This document shows, piece by piece, positions 41,361 through 51,340 of a stretch of 64,000 nucleotides of DNA. A program made the translations under genes and the position numbers. Location of the stretch: assembly GCA_963772455.1 (NCBI GenBank), contig CAVYXJ010000010.1, positions 1-64,000 on the forward strand, given 5' to 3'. Source of the stretch: Candidatus Bathyarchaeota archaeon (lineage in GTDB: Archaea; Thermoproteota; Bathyarchaeia; Bathyarchaeales; Bathycorpusculaceae). The notes beneath the pieces were generated by a model, which worked only from the letters and a program-made list of their open reading frames with translations, ran no database searches and had not been told where the DNA came from. Position 1 is the first letter of the stretch. Every line of letters starts with the position of its first letter.

Positions 41361-41639
41361 ATGGTGCGGAAGAAAAAATCGGATGAGTATGAAGCAAAAA
41401 TTCAGCAAGCATTAGTGGTGCTCGGAGAAGTTTCTGAAGACAGTACAACGCCACGAAACATACGCCGTTCCGCAAAAGACGCAATGAATGCCTTGCAAAG
41501 CGGAGAATATACTCCTGCAGTAAGAGCTTCAAACGCAGTGTCAATGTTGGATGAGATTTTACAAGACCCCAACATGCCACCTTATACAAGAGTTAAACTC
41601 TGGAATGTCATGAGTTTTATTGAAGCCATAAAAGACTAA
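41361..41639 (+). CDS. UPF0147 family protein
   Basis: D..TPRNIRR.A, RASNAVS.LDEI..DPNMP.YTR..LW. Confidence 0.9.
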   Translation: MVRKKKSDEYEAKIQQALVVLGEVSEDSTTPRNIRRSAKDAMNALQSGEYTPAVRASNAVSMLDEILQDPNMPPYTRVKLWNVMSFIEAIKD

Positions 41640-41833
41640 TCATTTTCTTTTTAAACTTTTTATTATAATCACAGTTCTTTTTGTTTAATGGGAAGTTTTT
41701 ATTTTATTAAATGTTTTTTTGACATATCTAAAAAATACTTAAAAAAATACAACTGTTGCCTGCAAGTTCAACTGCACTAAGAAATATATGCGACATATTA
41801 CATGTAGTTCTGGGTTCCAAGGGGGCAAATCCT

Positions 41834-43216
41834 TTGAAATATGACGTAATAATTGTGGGCGCAGGCCCAGCAGGCATCTTCTCAGCGCTAGAGCTAACTG
41901 AGAAAACAAACCTTAACGTTCTGGTTCTCGACCGAGGGCTAGATATTGACAAGCGCAAGTGCCCTTCAAGCCGGGGCTTCGAATGCGTCCATTGTGAACC
42001 ATGCTCAGTTCTCTCAGGCTGGGGTGGAGCAGGTGCTTACAGCGACGGCAAACTCACCTTATCAACAGAAGTTGGCGGCTGGCTAAACCAATACATTTCA
42101 ACCAAAGAACTAGCTGACCTGGTAAAGTATTGTGACGGCATCTACATAAAATTCGGGGCTAGTGAACAAGTTTTTGGCGGCGAAAACGAGGAAATAGATG
42201 AAATCGAACGCAAAGCATCGTTAGCTGGTCTAAAACTCATCAAGCAACAAGTACGCCACATGGGCACCGACAAATGTCTCGAAACCCTCCAACGCATGCG
42301 CAAACATCTCAATGGCAAAATAACCTTCCAACCTAAAACTGAGGTTAAAGGGCTCATCGTAGATGACCACGTCATCAAAGGCGTCGAAACAGTTAATGGT
42401 GAAAAATTCCTCGCAAAATATGTCATCATTGCCCCGGGAAGAAGCGGTGCAGAGTGGCTGCAAACAGAAGCTCAAATCCGAGGCTTAAAGACAGTTAACA
42501 ACCCGGTCGACATTGGTGTACGTGTTGAGCTATTAGCTTCAGTTATGGAAACTCTAACCAAAGCCCTCTATGAGCCAAAACTCGTTTATTTTTCAAGATC
42601 ATTTGACGATCAGGTCCGTACATTTTGCGTCTCTCCGCATGGAGAAGTAACGACTGAATCATACGATGGCGTCTTAACCGTAAACGGGGGCAGCCATGCT
42701 GAATCAAAAACATCCAACACAAACTTTGCGATACTCGTCAGTACTTCCTTTACTGAACCCTTCAAAGAACCAATTGCCTACGGCAAATACATTGCAAGAC
42801 TCTCCAACCTTCTCAGCGGTGGTGTTATGGTACAGCGATTAGGTGATCTTGATCATGGAAGACGCTCTACACCCGAGAGACTAGCACACAGCGTCCTAAC
42901 ACCAACTCTTAAAAATGCCACTCCAGGTGACTTAAGCTTCGTACTACCATATCGCTATTTAACGGATATACGGGAAATGCTTCAAGCACTCGACAAAATA
43001 GCCCCGGGAGTCTATTCGCCTGAAACATTGCTCTATGGTGTTGAAGTAAAATTCTATAGTTCCCACCTACAATTAAACAATTCATTAGAGAGCAAAATCC
43101 AGAACATGTTCACCATAGGCGACGGCGCAGGCGTCACTCGCGGACTCATCCAAGCATCAGCTTCAGGTGTTATCGTTGCGAGAGAGATTCTCAAACGTGA
43201 AAAACTGAAGGCCTAA
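41834..43216 (+). CDS. FAD-dependent oxidoreductase of unknown substrate
   Basis: YDVIIVGAGPAG, GWGGAGAYSDGKL, DIGVRVE, RTFC, YGVEVKFYS, GDGAGVTRGL. Confidence 0.9.
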   Translation: MKYDVIIVGAGPAGIFSALELTEKTNLNVLVLDRGLDIDKRKCPSSRGFECVHCEPCSVLSGWGGAGAYSDGKLTLSTEVGGWLNQYISTKELADLVKYCDGIYIKFGASEQVFGGENEEIDEIERKASLAGLKLIKQQVRHMGTDKCLETLQRMRKHLNGKITFQPKTEVKGLIVDDHVIKGVETVNGEKFLAKYVIIAPGRSGAEWLQTEAQIRGLKTVNNPVDIGVRVELLASVMETLTKALYEPKLVYFSRSFDDQVRTFCVSPHGEVTTESYDGVLTVNGGSHAESKTSNTNFAILVSTSFTEPFKEPIAYGKYIARLSNLLSGGVMVQRLGDLDHGRRSTPERLAHSVLTPTLKNATPGDLSFVLPYRYLTDIREMLQALDKIAPGVYSPETLLYGVEVKFYSSHLQLNNSLESKIQNMFTIGDGAGVTRGLIQASASGVIVAREILKREKLKA

Positions 43217-43221
43217 ACATC

Positions 43222-43965
43222 ATGGCTATAGCTCAAAATATTCGGTGCTCACATTGCGGTGCTCCAGTCGAATTCAAACCTGGCGAGTTAGTAGCTACCT
43301 GCAAGTATTGTGGCTTCACAACTGTAATCGAGACTGGTCAAGCATTCACTTTTGAGCATTCTTTACTACTTAACAATTACTCTGAAGAGCAAATTGAAAA
43401 TTTAGTGCGTGATTGGATGCGTTCAGGCTTTATGAAACCTGGTGATTTAGCAAGAAAGGCTAAATTGATTGAGAAAAACCTTGTTTACCTGCCTTTCTGG
43501 ATTGTCTCCGCCGATGCCACAACCAAGTACAAGGGAATTTTTGAGCGTATCTCGCCGGCTATTGTTAAGGAAGGGCAAATTCAGAAGGAATATAATTGGC
43601 TGGTTTTAGCTCGTGAAGCATCAGGTTTCCCAACTCGTGAATACAATGTGCCTTTAACAGGTAAAATTCCTTTTGATTTTAGGAAAATTGAGGGATTCGC
43701 TAAATTACTCAACAGTGAAATGACTCGTGAAGAAGCATTAGAAATTGCGAAGCAGCAGATTGAGGCACTTCACCGTTTTCTGCTTCAGCAAGATATTGAT
43801 AAAATCGTTGAAGTCGCTACAACAATTAATTTGGAGCAAATGGTTTATTTGCATGCACCAATCTGGTTCATAAAATACGATTACAAAGGCAATAATTACC
43901 AAATGATAGTTGATGGAGCAACAGGCATTGTTTTAAAGGGCGATATACCCTCTTCCAAGTTTTAA
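43222..43965 (+). CDS. Zn-ribbon protein, YdjG-like
   Basis: CSHCGA..CKYCG, VYLPFW, PIW..Y.YKG..Y...VDGATG. Confidence 0.7.
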   Translation: MAIAQNIRCSHCGAPVEFKPGELVATCKYCGFTTVIETGQAFTFEHSLLLNNYSEEQIENLVRDWMRSGFMKPGDLARKAKLIEKNLVYLPFWIVSADATTKYKGIFERISPAIVKEGQIQKEYNWLVLAREASGFPTREYNVPLTGKIPFDFRKIEGFAKLLNSEMTREEALEIAKQQIEALHRFLLQQDIDKIVEVATTINLEQMVYLHAPIWFIKYDYKGNNYQMIVDGATGIVLKGDIPSSKF

Positions 43966-44034
43966 TTTTATTTAAAAAACTTTAAAAGTAACTCTTTTTT
44001 TATAACGGAATACAAATAATGGAGGATTTAGGGA

Positions 44035-44574
44035 ATGAGCGAAAATAAAGATGTATATGGACAGGCAAAGAGCCAAATGAGGCTTTCAGAACGCATTGCG
44101 GCAGCGCTTCCAGGGTTCCGCGGATACAAAGAGAAGGAACTTCGCCGCGAATCAGACAAACTAGTCCGAAATAACCTTTACCTTAAACTCACCAAAGACA
44201 AAGATAACATCAGAAGCATCTCACAGAAAATAGCAGATAAACGTTACATGGATGTTTTAACCGACATAGATAGGTTAAGCGCTAAAATGGACCGAATAAC
44301 CGAAAAGATAAACCATGCATCATATGGTTATGCAGGCTTCTACGATATAGTTAAAATCAAAGAAGAAAACCTTGATCGAATGATAACCTTCGACAGCCAA
44401 CTCCTCGATGAAGTAAACGCTTTAAGCACAAGTATCGAAGACTTAAAGACTCAATTGTTGAACAATAACTTCGCTAATCTAAAAGACAAAATTCAAACAA
44501 TAGCTGATAAGTTTGAATTACTTGAAGACACTTTTGATAAAAGAGAACAAGTAATGATAGGAGTGATACAATAA
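44035..44574 (+). CDS. Uncharacterised alpha-helical bundle protein
   Basis: LPGFRGYKEKELRRESDKLVR, ASYGYAGFYD; heptad-rich; GGAGG RBS. Confidence 0.7.
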   Translation: MSENKDVYGQAKSQMRLSERIAAALPGFRGYKEKELRRESDKLVRNNLYLKLTKDKDNIRSISQKIADKRYMDVLTDIDRLSAKMDRITEKINHASYGYAGFYDIVKIKEENLDRMITFDSQLLDEVNALSTSIEDLKTQLLNNNFANLKDKIQTIADKFELLEDTFDKREQVMIGVIQ

Positions 44575-45551
44575 TGCCGCAAGTAATAGCATGGCAAAAT
44601 GCAGGTTCAGAAGACATAGTTTGGCGCTATCCAATTGAGGACATTACGTGGGGAGCACAGCTAATCGTTAACGAATATGAGATGGCAGTGTTCTTCCGAG
44701 ACGGCAAAGCATACGATGTTTTCGGTCCAGGCAGACACACATTAACAACCTTGAATCTGCCCGTATTAACAAGCTTGCTGACTCGACTGGTGGGTTTTGG
44801 CGGTAACAAACCCTTCAAAGCAACCGTCATTTACATTAGCACCAAAGTGTTTGCTGGTAAATGGGGCACACGTGCACAAACAACTGAATTGGCGCCTTTG
44901 CAAGTGTTTGGGCAATTCTGGTTCAAAGTTGGCGACGCATCTTTATTCGTTAACGAAGTAATTGGCGGACAAAACGCTTACACAACCGACGGAGTAAACA
45001 ATTTCCTCAGAGGCTTCTTAAATGAGAAAATAATCGATGAACTCAGCCACTACGATCTCATAACAGTCTTCACACGTTTAGACGAAACCTCCGTTATCGT
45101 GAAAAACTCATTAATTGACTACTTCAAACGCGTCGGCATCGAATTAACCGATCTACGATTCGAAGGAATAGACACAACACCCGAATATCGCGAACGACTA
45201 TTCTGGCTCAAAACTGGACAAACCGCTCCAGGAGATGTCTTACGAATGGAAACATTGAAGAATGCAGCAGCGTCGCTTGGACAAGGAGGAGGCTCAGGAG
45301 CCCTCGGAGCAGGAATGGTACTTATACCCCAGATCATGACACCAACTGGAGCACCACAAGCAGCACCCGCAGCAGCACTTGTCATTTGCCCAAAATGCGG
45401 AGAAAAAGTTCCTGCAACAAGCAAATTCTGTCCCAACTGCGGAACAACTCTAACACCACCATCACAAGGGGCAATGACATGCCCAAACTGTGGCAAATCC
45501 ATCCCTGCAAACTCTAAGTTCTGCCCAGAATGCGGAACCAAAATTGCCTAA
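44574..45551 (+). CDS. SPFH/band-7 domain protein with double zinc ribbon (YdjI-like)
   Basis: IVWRYP..I.WGAQLIVNE.E.AVF.RDGK..D.FGPGRHTL.T.NLP; four C-terminal CPxCG motifs. Confidence 0.88.
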   Translation: MPQVIAWQNAGSEDIVWRYPIEDITWGAQLIVNEYEMAVFFRDGKAYDVFGPGRHTLTTLNLPVLTSLLTRLVGFGGNKPFKATVIYISTKVFAGKWGTRAQTTELAPLQVFGQFWFKVGDASLFVNEVIGGQNAYTTDGVNNFLRGFLNEKIIDELSHYDLITVFTRLDETSVIVKNSLIDYFKRVGIELTDLRFEGIDTTPEYRERLFWLKTGQTAPGDVLRMETLKNAAASLGQGGGSGALGAGMVLIPQIMTPTGAPQAAPAAALVICPKCGEKVPATSKFCPNCGTTLTPPSQGAMTCPNCGKSIPANSKFCPECGTKIA

Positions 45552-45563
45552 GGAGCACCATGA

Positions 45564-45902
45564 ATGAGCAATAGTGACCGTCAACTTCTGAGTTTTGGAG
45601 TATTCCTCATCATCATAGTTGTAGGAATATTGTTAACTATTGCAGGAATCATCGGATGGGGCTTATTTGTCCCAATAGTTGCGGTGCTGTGCGGCTTATG
45701 GGCAATCGTTTTAGGTGGCATGCGAGCAAGCAAAACTCAGAAGTATGAACGCGGATCCTTCAGTACAATTGCTTCAGGCGCCGGTCTCATTGCTTTGGGT
45801 GTAGCATGGTATCTATTCGGCATTAATTGGCTATTTTCTGTAGTTGTTATCCTACTAGCAATCGCCGCTTTAGCCATTGCAGCATCATTAAGGCGCAAAT
45901 AA
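45564..45902 (+). CDS. Small 4-TM membrane protein
   Basis: Four hydrophobic helices; 12 nt after the SPFH gene, AGGAG RBS. Confidence 0.7.
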   Translation: MSNSDRQLLSFGVFLIIIVVGILLTIAGIIGWGLFVPIVAVLCGLWAIVLGGMRASKTQKYERGSFSTIASGAGLIALGVAWYLFGINWLFSVVVILLAIAALAIAASLRRK

Positions 45903-45973
45903 TTCTATTGAGCCTTTTCGGCTCTAAACATTTTTCTATTCCATTGTGTAGTCATGATGCAGAAGGCATGCTA

Positions 45974-47581
45974 ATGAGTGAAGAAACTATAGGTCACGGT
46001 ACTTGGTACGACTTGATGGCTATGAAAGTCATCGAAAGAGAGCAAACGTTAAACCGAGACATGAGCAAAATTCGAACAGAGATGGGACTTGGAGCCTCAG
46101 GTTTTCCACATATCGGCAGCTTAGGCGATGCATCCCGAAGCTTCGCAGTCACCTTGGCACTTAAGAACCTAAACTGCAATTCTGAATTGGTTGCTTTTTG
46201 TGATGACAAAGATGGTCTGCGCAAAGTTCCCGAAGGGCTTCCAAAGGAAATGGAAAAATATTTGGGGTACTCGGTTTCCAGCATCCCTGACCCTTTTGGT
46301 TGCCATGAAAGTTACGGTAAACATATGAGTTCGCTGCTGCTTGATGCATTAGATAAGTGCGGTATTGAATACAAGTATTATTCGGCCAATGAAATATACA
46401 AAAAAGGCCTTCTTTTAAACGAAATCAGAACTATACTAATCAACGCCAAAAAAGTTGGCGAAATAGTAAAAGAAGAAGTAGGTCAAGAAACCTACACTGA
46501 GGTTTTACCGTATTTTGCTGTCTGTGAGAAATGCAGCCACCTCTACACGACAAGAGCCTACAAGTTTGACCCCAAAACTGACCGTGTCTCCTACAAATGC
46601 GAAGGCCTTGAAATCCGAGGAAAACTCATCGCTGGCTGCGGTCATCAAGGCGAAGTGGACATTAAAAGCGGCGATGGTAAACTCACTTGGAAAAGCGAGT
46701 TCGCTGCCCGGTGGAAAGCGCTAGACATTAGGTTTGAAGCTTATGGCAAAGATATCGCTGACTCAGTTCGCATCAACGACCGAATTTGCCGCGAGGTTCT
46801 CTGTTTTGAGCCGCCATCCCACGCAAAATATGAGATGTTCCTGGACAAGGGTGGCAAGAAAATCTCCAAGTCAGCAGGCAACGTGTTTACGCCGCAAGTG
46901 TGGTTTAATTATGGCTCTCCTCAATCGCTTTTGTTGCTTATGCTTAAGCGGTTCGTTGGTACACGCACGTTAGATGTTTCCGACATTCCAGCCTATATGA
47001 ACGAGATTGACTCTTTAGAGGATGTTTACTTTGGAAAAAAACGGGTCGGCGAGAAGGAAGACACCAAACTCAAAGGATTATACCTTTACTGCTATGCCAT
47101 GAAGCCACCAACAAAACTAAGTATCCATGTACCCTACAACCTCATGGCGTTCCTAGTCAAGATGGCTCCTAAAGAGTGCATGAATGACTACGTGACTGAA
47201 AAACTTCAGAGTTATGGATATTTGCAGAAGACTCAAACCTTAGACGCCAACCTATTGAAGCGAATCGAGTACGCTTTGAACTGGATACGCGACTTTGAAG
47301 AAATTAAAGAGACTGTAGTAGAATTAACTGCTGAAGAAATGAAAGCCATAACTGAACTTACCACAAAACTTCAAACTGAATACGATCCAGACAAAATCCA
47401 AAACGCTATCTTCAACGCAGCCAAAGATAACAACATAAAACCAGGCGCCTTCTTCAAAACGCTCTATCAGGTTTTGATGGGTGCACCACAGGGTCCACGG
47501 TTGGGTCCATATGTACTTGCGATGGGAAAACAAAACGTAATCGACGCATTGCACAGAGTCTTAAACAAAGTTAACTGTTAA
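45974..47581 (+). CDS. lysS: Lysine--tRNA ligase, class I
   Basis: ASGFPHIGS, KLTWK.EF..RW, FEAYGKD, KISKSAGN, QGPRLG. Confidence 0.95.
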   Translation: MSEETIGHGTWYDLMAMKVIEREQTLNRDMSKIRTEMGLGASGFPHIGSLGDASRSFAVTLALKNLNCNSELVAFCDDKDGLRKVPEGLPKEMEKYLGYSVSSIPDPFGCHESYGKHMSSLLLDALDKCGIEYKYYSANEIYKKGLLLNEIRTILINAKKVGEIVKEEVGQETYTEVLPYFAVCEKCSHLYTTRAYKFDPKTDRVSYKCEGLEIRGKLIAGCGHQGEVDIKSGDGKLTWKSEFAARWKALDIRFEAYGKDIADSVRINDRICREVLCFEPPSHAKYEMFLDKGGKKISKSAGNVFTPQVWFNYGSPQSLLLLMLKRFVGTRTLDVSDIPAYMNEIDSLEDVYFGKKRVGEKEDTKLKGLYLYCYAMKPPTKLSIHVPYNLMAFLVKMAPKECMNDYVTEKLQSYGYLQKTQTLDANLLKRIEYALNWIRDFEEIKETVVELTAEEMKAITELTTKLQTEYDPDKIQNAIFNAAKDNNIKPGAFFKTLYQVLMGAPQGPRLGPYVLAMGKQNVIDALHRVLNKVNC

Positions 47582-47717
47582 TTTTTTTTCAACTTTATTT
47601 CCCGTCTTTTCAACAACAGATAATAATCTTATTTAACAAATGAATTCAAGACCACTATTTTTAAGTTCAAGCAAAGTATTAGCTATTCTGCCCTTTTAGT
47701 TCTGGGGTAAAAACATT

Positions 47718-47796
47718 GGGCTCGTCGTCTAGTACGGATTAGGGCACCGGCCTGCGGAGCCGGACGTCATGGGTTCAAATCCCATCGGGCCCGCCA
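47718..47796 (+). tRNA. tRNA-Arg(GCG), encoded CCA
   Basis: GGGCTCG/CGGGCCC acceptor; CCGGC-CTGCGGA-GCCGG anticodon arm; GTTCAAATC T-loop. Confidence 0.95.
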
Positions 47797-47936
47797 CCAC
47801 CTTTTCAATAAACCAATTTGTAAATTTCCCGTAGCAAAGGATGAGGTCCGTTTGAACAATGTATTATGTGTTACCCAAGTATAAATAAAGAGACACCAAC
47901 AATGAACATTCAAGTGGAGAATCACCCTTGACAAGC

Positions 47937-49460
47937 ATGATTGATAGTGCTTACAGAGAACTCTTATCAAAAACCAAAGATGTTGTGTTACTCTCGACGG
48001 CTGAGGGCATTATTCATTGGGATATGGAAATCTATATGCCTCCAAAAGCGGTAGACCAGCGAAGCCAACAACTTGCACTATTAAGTCGAATTCACCATAA
48101 GTTGGGAACTGACCCGAGAATAGGAAAACTTTTAACCACGATTCAAAAAGACCCGCATTTTCTGACACTAGGGCAAGTAGAAAAACGCAACCTTTACCTC
48201 ATCCACAAAAACTACCAAGAACAAATTGCCCTGCCTGAAAAACTTGTCGGAGACCTCGCAATGCAAGAAGTTAAAACTGTCAACACTTGGAAGAAAGCAA
48301 AGGCAAAAAAAGATTTTGACCTCTTTAAAGCTGATTTCCAAAAACTGCTGGACCTAAGCAAACAAGCCGCTGAAATACTTATGAAAGTCAAACATACCAA
48401 AACACCTTATGAAGCGTTACTTGACAATTTTGAGCCAAAAATGCCTGCGAAGAAAATAACAGAAACTTTCAATCAATTATTAGCTGGTTTAAAACCCTTA
48501 ATTGCAAAGATTCAAGACTCAAAGATAAAACCTTCTTCAGAGATTCTCAATCAACTTGTCCCATTGGAAAACCAACGAAAAATTACTCAACTCATTACTG
48601 AGGCAATCGGATACGATACTGCTTCCTCAAATGCGGGAGGACGAGTAGACGAAACAGAGCATCCGTTTACAACGGGTTACTATAATGATGTACGAATAAC
48701 TACTCATTATTATCCTAATAATTTTGCCAGCTCAATCTTCTCTGTTCTCCATGAAAGTGGGCATGCCCTCTATGAACAAAATCTAAACCCGGAGTGGCAG
48801 TATCAACCCATAGGATCAACCTGCTCATACGGCATACATGAATCCCAATCAAGATTCTATGAAAACATCATTGGACGCTCTAAAGAGTTTTGGACAGGTT
48901 TTCTGCCAAAAATAAAGCAAGCTGCACCAAGCCTAAATAACCTCCAGTTAGATCCATTTCTTCAAGCTATCAACAAAGTTGAACGATCAAAGATCCGAAT
49001 CGAAGCGGATGAAGTTACATATAGCCTACACATTATCATCCGCTTTGAGCTTGAAAGAGATCTCTTCGACGATAAAATCACAATCGACGAGTTACCAGAG
49101 ATATGGAACCAAAAATATGCAGATTATCTTGGCGTCAAAATTGAAAATGATGCAGAAGGTGTTATGCAGGATACACATTGGGCAAGCGGCTTGTATGGTT
49201 ACTTTCCAAGCTACGTATTAGGAAACATTTATGGTGGTCAGATAGTCTCTGCCATTACAGAAAACCTACCAGACTGGGGTATTAAATTATTAGACGGAAA
49301 ACTCGGTGGAATCAATATGTGGCTTAAGAAAAATATCCACAATCAAGGTGACCTATATGAGCCTGAAGAACTAATAAAGCGGGCAACAGGAACAAACATA
49401 GATTCGCAGCCTTATCTACAGTACTTAATCAAAAAATACAGTAATCTATACGGGTTTTAA
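47937..49460 (+). CDS. M32 carboxypeptidase
   Basis: HPF, DVRITT, HESGHALYEQ, HESQSR, IRIEADE, GVMQDTHW, GYFPSY. Confidence 0.96.
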   Translation: MIDSAYRELLSKTKDVVLLSTAEGIIHWDMEIYMPPKAVDQRSQQLALLSRIHHKLGTDPRIGKLLTTIQKDPHFLTLGQVEKRNLYLIHKNYQEQIALPEKLVGDLAMQEVKTVNTWKKAKAKKDFDLFKADFQKLLDLSKQAAEILMKVKHTKTPYEALLDNFEPKMPAKKITETFNQLLAGLKPLIAKIQDSKIKPSSEILNQLVPLENQRKITQLITEAIGYDTASSNAGGRVDETEHPFTTGYYNDVRITTHYYPNNFASSIFSVLHESGHALYEQNLNPEWQYQPIGSTCSYGIHESQSRFYENIIGRSKEFWTGFLPKIKQAAPSLNNLQLDPFLQAINKVERSKIRIEADEVTYSLHIIIRFELERDLFDDKITIDELPEIWNQKYADYLGVKIENDAEGVMQDTHWASGLYGYFPSYVLGNIYGGQIVSAITENLPDWGIKLLDGKLGGINMWLKKNIHNQGDLYEPEELIKRATGTNIDSQPYLQYLIKKYSNLYGF

Positions 49461-49684
49461 GCAATAGAAGGTTTTTTCCTGGTTAGCTCTTTGTAAATGT
49501 AAATAATAAGGTACCCTGCGATAGAGCCGATGAAAAGATAAACGCCGCTATAACCTACAACAACGTTGTATGTATTGGCGCCGTAAAGGAACAACAAAAA
49601 GCCGAGTACGAATAAGCCTAATAATGTCCAGTCAGTCCAAGACAATTGAGTTTCCTCATTAAATATTGCTTTCAATATTTGCAT
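49457..49684 (-). CDS. Small 2-TM membrane protein
   Basis: Two hydrophobic helices; convergent overlap with the M32 stop. Confidence 0.5.
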   Translation of the reverse strand: MQILKAIFNEETQLSWTDWTLLGLFVLGFLLFLYGANTYNVVVGYSGVYLFIGSIAGYLIIYIYKELTRKKPSIA

Positions 49685-49858
49685 TCAAATATAAAGATTT
49701 AGAGACAAACATGAATGACAGGCGTTATCACCCTTATAAGAATTAATTGAAAATGCCGACTTATCGCTAAAGCCATAGCATGTCACTTCAATCTTTTGCA
49801 CCACATCCGACATTTTTATATATAAGATAACATACAGAAACCAACCGAGGTAAATATT

Positions 49859-51298
49859 ATGTCGGGATCAGACATTAAAAAACCAGAAACACGTGAAATA
49901 TTTGTAAAAATGCTAACAGATGCCGCAAAAAAAGAAATTGGTTCTAAAGGAAAACTGTCAAAACCGACAGTCGTCGGAACAGCAAAAGAAATGGATATTC
50001 ACAGAGACACACTTTATTCATGGTTAAAGGAATTCAATGTCGATTTCAAAGAAATCGTAGACCGTATGCCGACAGCTATTGACGATGTAGAAGATGATTC
50101 AGGACCCACTTACCTAATAGGTGAATCACTACTTGGGGAAGGAAACGAAGTTGCACACATTGACTTGATGATAGGAGACAAAAACGGACCTATTGGACAA
50201 GCATTCGCCAATGGAATGACCCAGCTATCAGCCGGGCACACACCACTCCTAGCAGTAATAAGACCAAACCTCCCACCTAAACCACATACACTAATCGTAC
50301 CAAAAGTCACAGTAAAAAACATGGAGGACACAGGCAAAATTTTTGGTCCAGCACAAGCAGCAGTTGCAAAAGCTATCGCTGACTCAGTCGAAGAAGGAGT
50401 CATTCCACCGAGCAAACTAGATAGCTGGGTTATCATATGCAGCGTTTTCATTCATCCAAAAGCAATTGATTTCCGCAAGATATACCAGTACAATTACGGC
50501 GCAACAAAAATGGCTCTAAAACGTGCACTTAAGAAGTATCCAACACTGGAAAAAATTATCTATGAGAAAGATCGCTCAAAACACCCAATCATGGGCTTCA
50601 AAGTTCCCCGTCTGTGGCGACCACCATACTTACAAATTGCACTTGACGCACCCTCACTTGAAGGTGCAAAGAAAGTCATCCAAGCGCTTCCAGGCAGCGA
50701 CCGAATAATCCTCGAAGTTGGCACACCATTCATCAAACGCTACGGAACAAGAGGCATTAACGAACTACGCCAAATAGCCCAAGACAAATTCATTATTGCA
50801 GACCTAAAAACCCTTGACGTTGGCAAAGTTGAAGTAGACATCGCATATGAAGACACTGCAGATGCGGTTGTTGCAGCAGGACTAGCACCACCAGAGACAT
50901 TGGATGCAACAGTTTCAGAATCCAGACGCTTAGGAATCTATGCAGTCATCGATATGTTAAACGTAGAAGACGTACTTGGTAAATTGAAATCGCTTAAAGA
51001 ATTTCCAGACATAGTCATCCTACACCGAGGCATCGACCAAGAAACAGGCAGAAGCAGCGGACTGGAACGAATAAAAATCATACGCCAAGCATTTCCTAAC
51101 AAAAGATACCTGATCGCAGTCGCAGGCGGTATTGTCCCAGAAACAGCCAAAGAAGCACTAGACAAAGGCGCAGACATACTCATCGTAGGCAGATATGTAA
51201 CTCAATCCAAAGACATCGAACGCTCAGTGCGAGATTTCCTTGAATTGACACCAAGCATGCGCGAAGACGTAGACTTGTACAGAGTCCACACAGAATAA
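49859..51298 (+). CDS. fae-hps: Bifunctional formaldehyde-activating enzyme / 3-hexulose-6-phosphate synthase with extra N-terminal HTH
   Basis: Fae: IGE.L.GEGNEVAHIDL.IG, GHTPLLAV..PNL, FGPAQAAVAKA, NYGATK. Hps: PYLQIALD, EVGTP, ADLKTLD, HRGID, AVAGG. Preceded by ~80 aa containing AKEMDIHRDTLYSWLK. Confidence 0.9.
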   Translation: MSGSDIKKPETREIFVKMLTDAAKKEIGSKGKLSKPTVVGTAKEMDIHRDTLYSWLKEFNVDFKEIVDRMPTAIDDVEDDSGPTYLIGESLLGEGNEVAHIDLMIGDKNGPIGQAFANGMTQLSAGHTPLLAVIRPNLPPKPHTLIVPKVTVKNMEDTGKIFGPAQAAVAKAIADSVEEGVIPPSKLDSWVIICSVFIHPKAIDFRKIYQYNYGATKMALKRALKKYPTLEKIIYEKDRSKHPIMGFKVPRLWRPPYLQIALDAPSLEGAKKVIQALPGSDRIILEVGTPFIKRYGTRGINELRQIAQDKFIIADLKTLDVGKVEVDIAYEDTADAVVAAGLAPPETLDATVSESRRLGIYAVIDMLNVEDVLGKLKSLKEFPDIVILHRGIDQETGRSSGLERIKIIRQAFPNKRYLIAVAGGIVPETAKEALDKGADILIVGRYVTQSKDIERSVRDFLELTPSMREDVDLYRVHTE

Positions 51299-51305
51299 TC
51301 AAGTT

Positions 51306-51340
51306 CGAGCGAAAGCTCGTTTCTATTCTTTTTATTTTTT
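51306..51340 (+). terminator. GNRA hairpin plus T-tracts after fae-hps
   Basis: CGAGC-GAAA-GCTCG followed by TTTCTATTCTTTTTATTTTTT. Confidence 0.55.
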
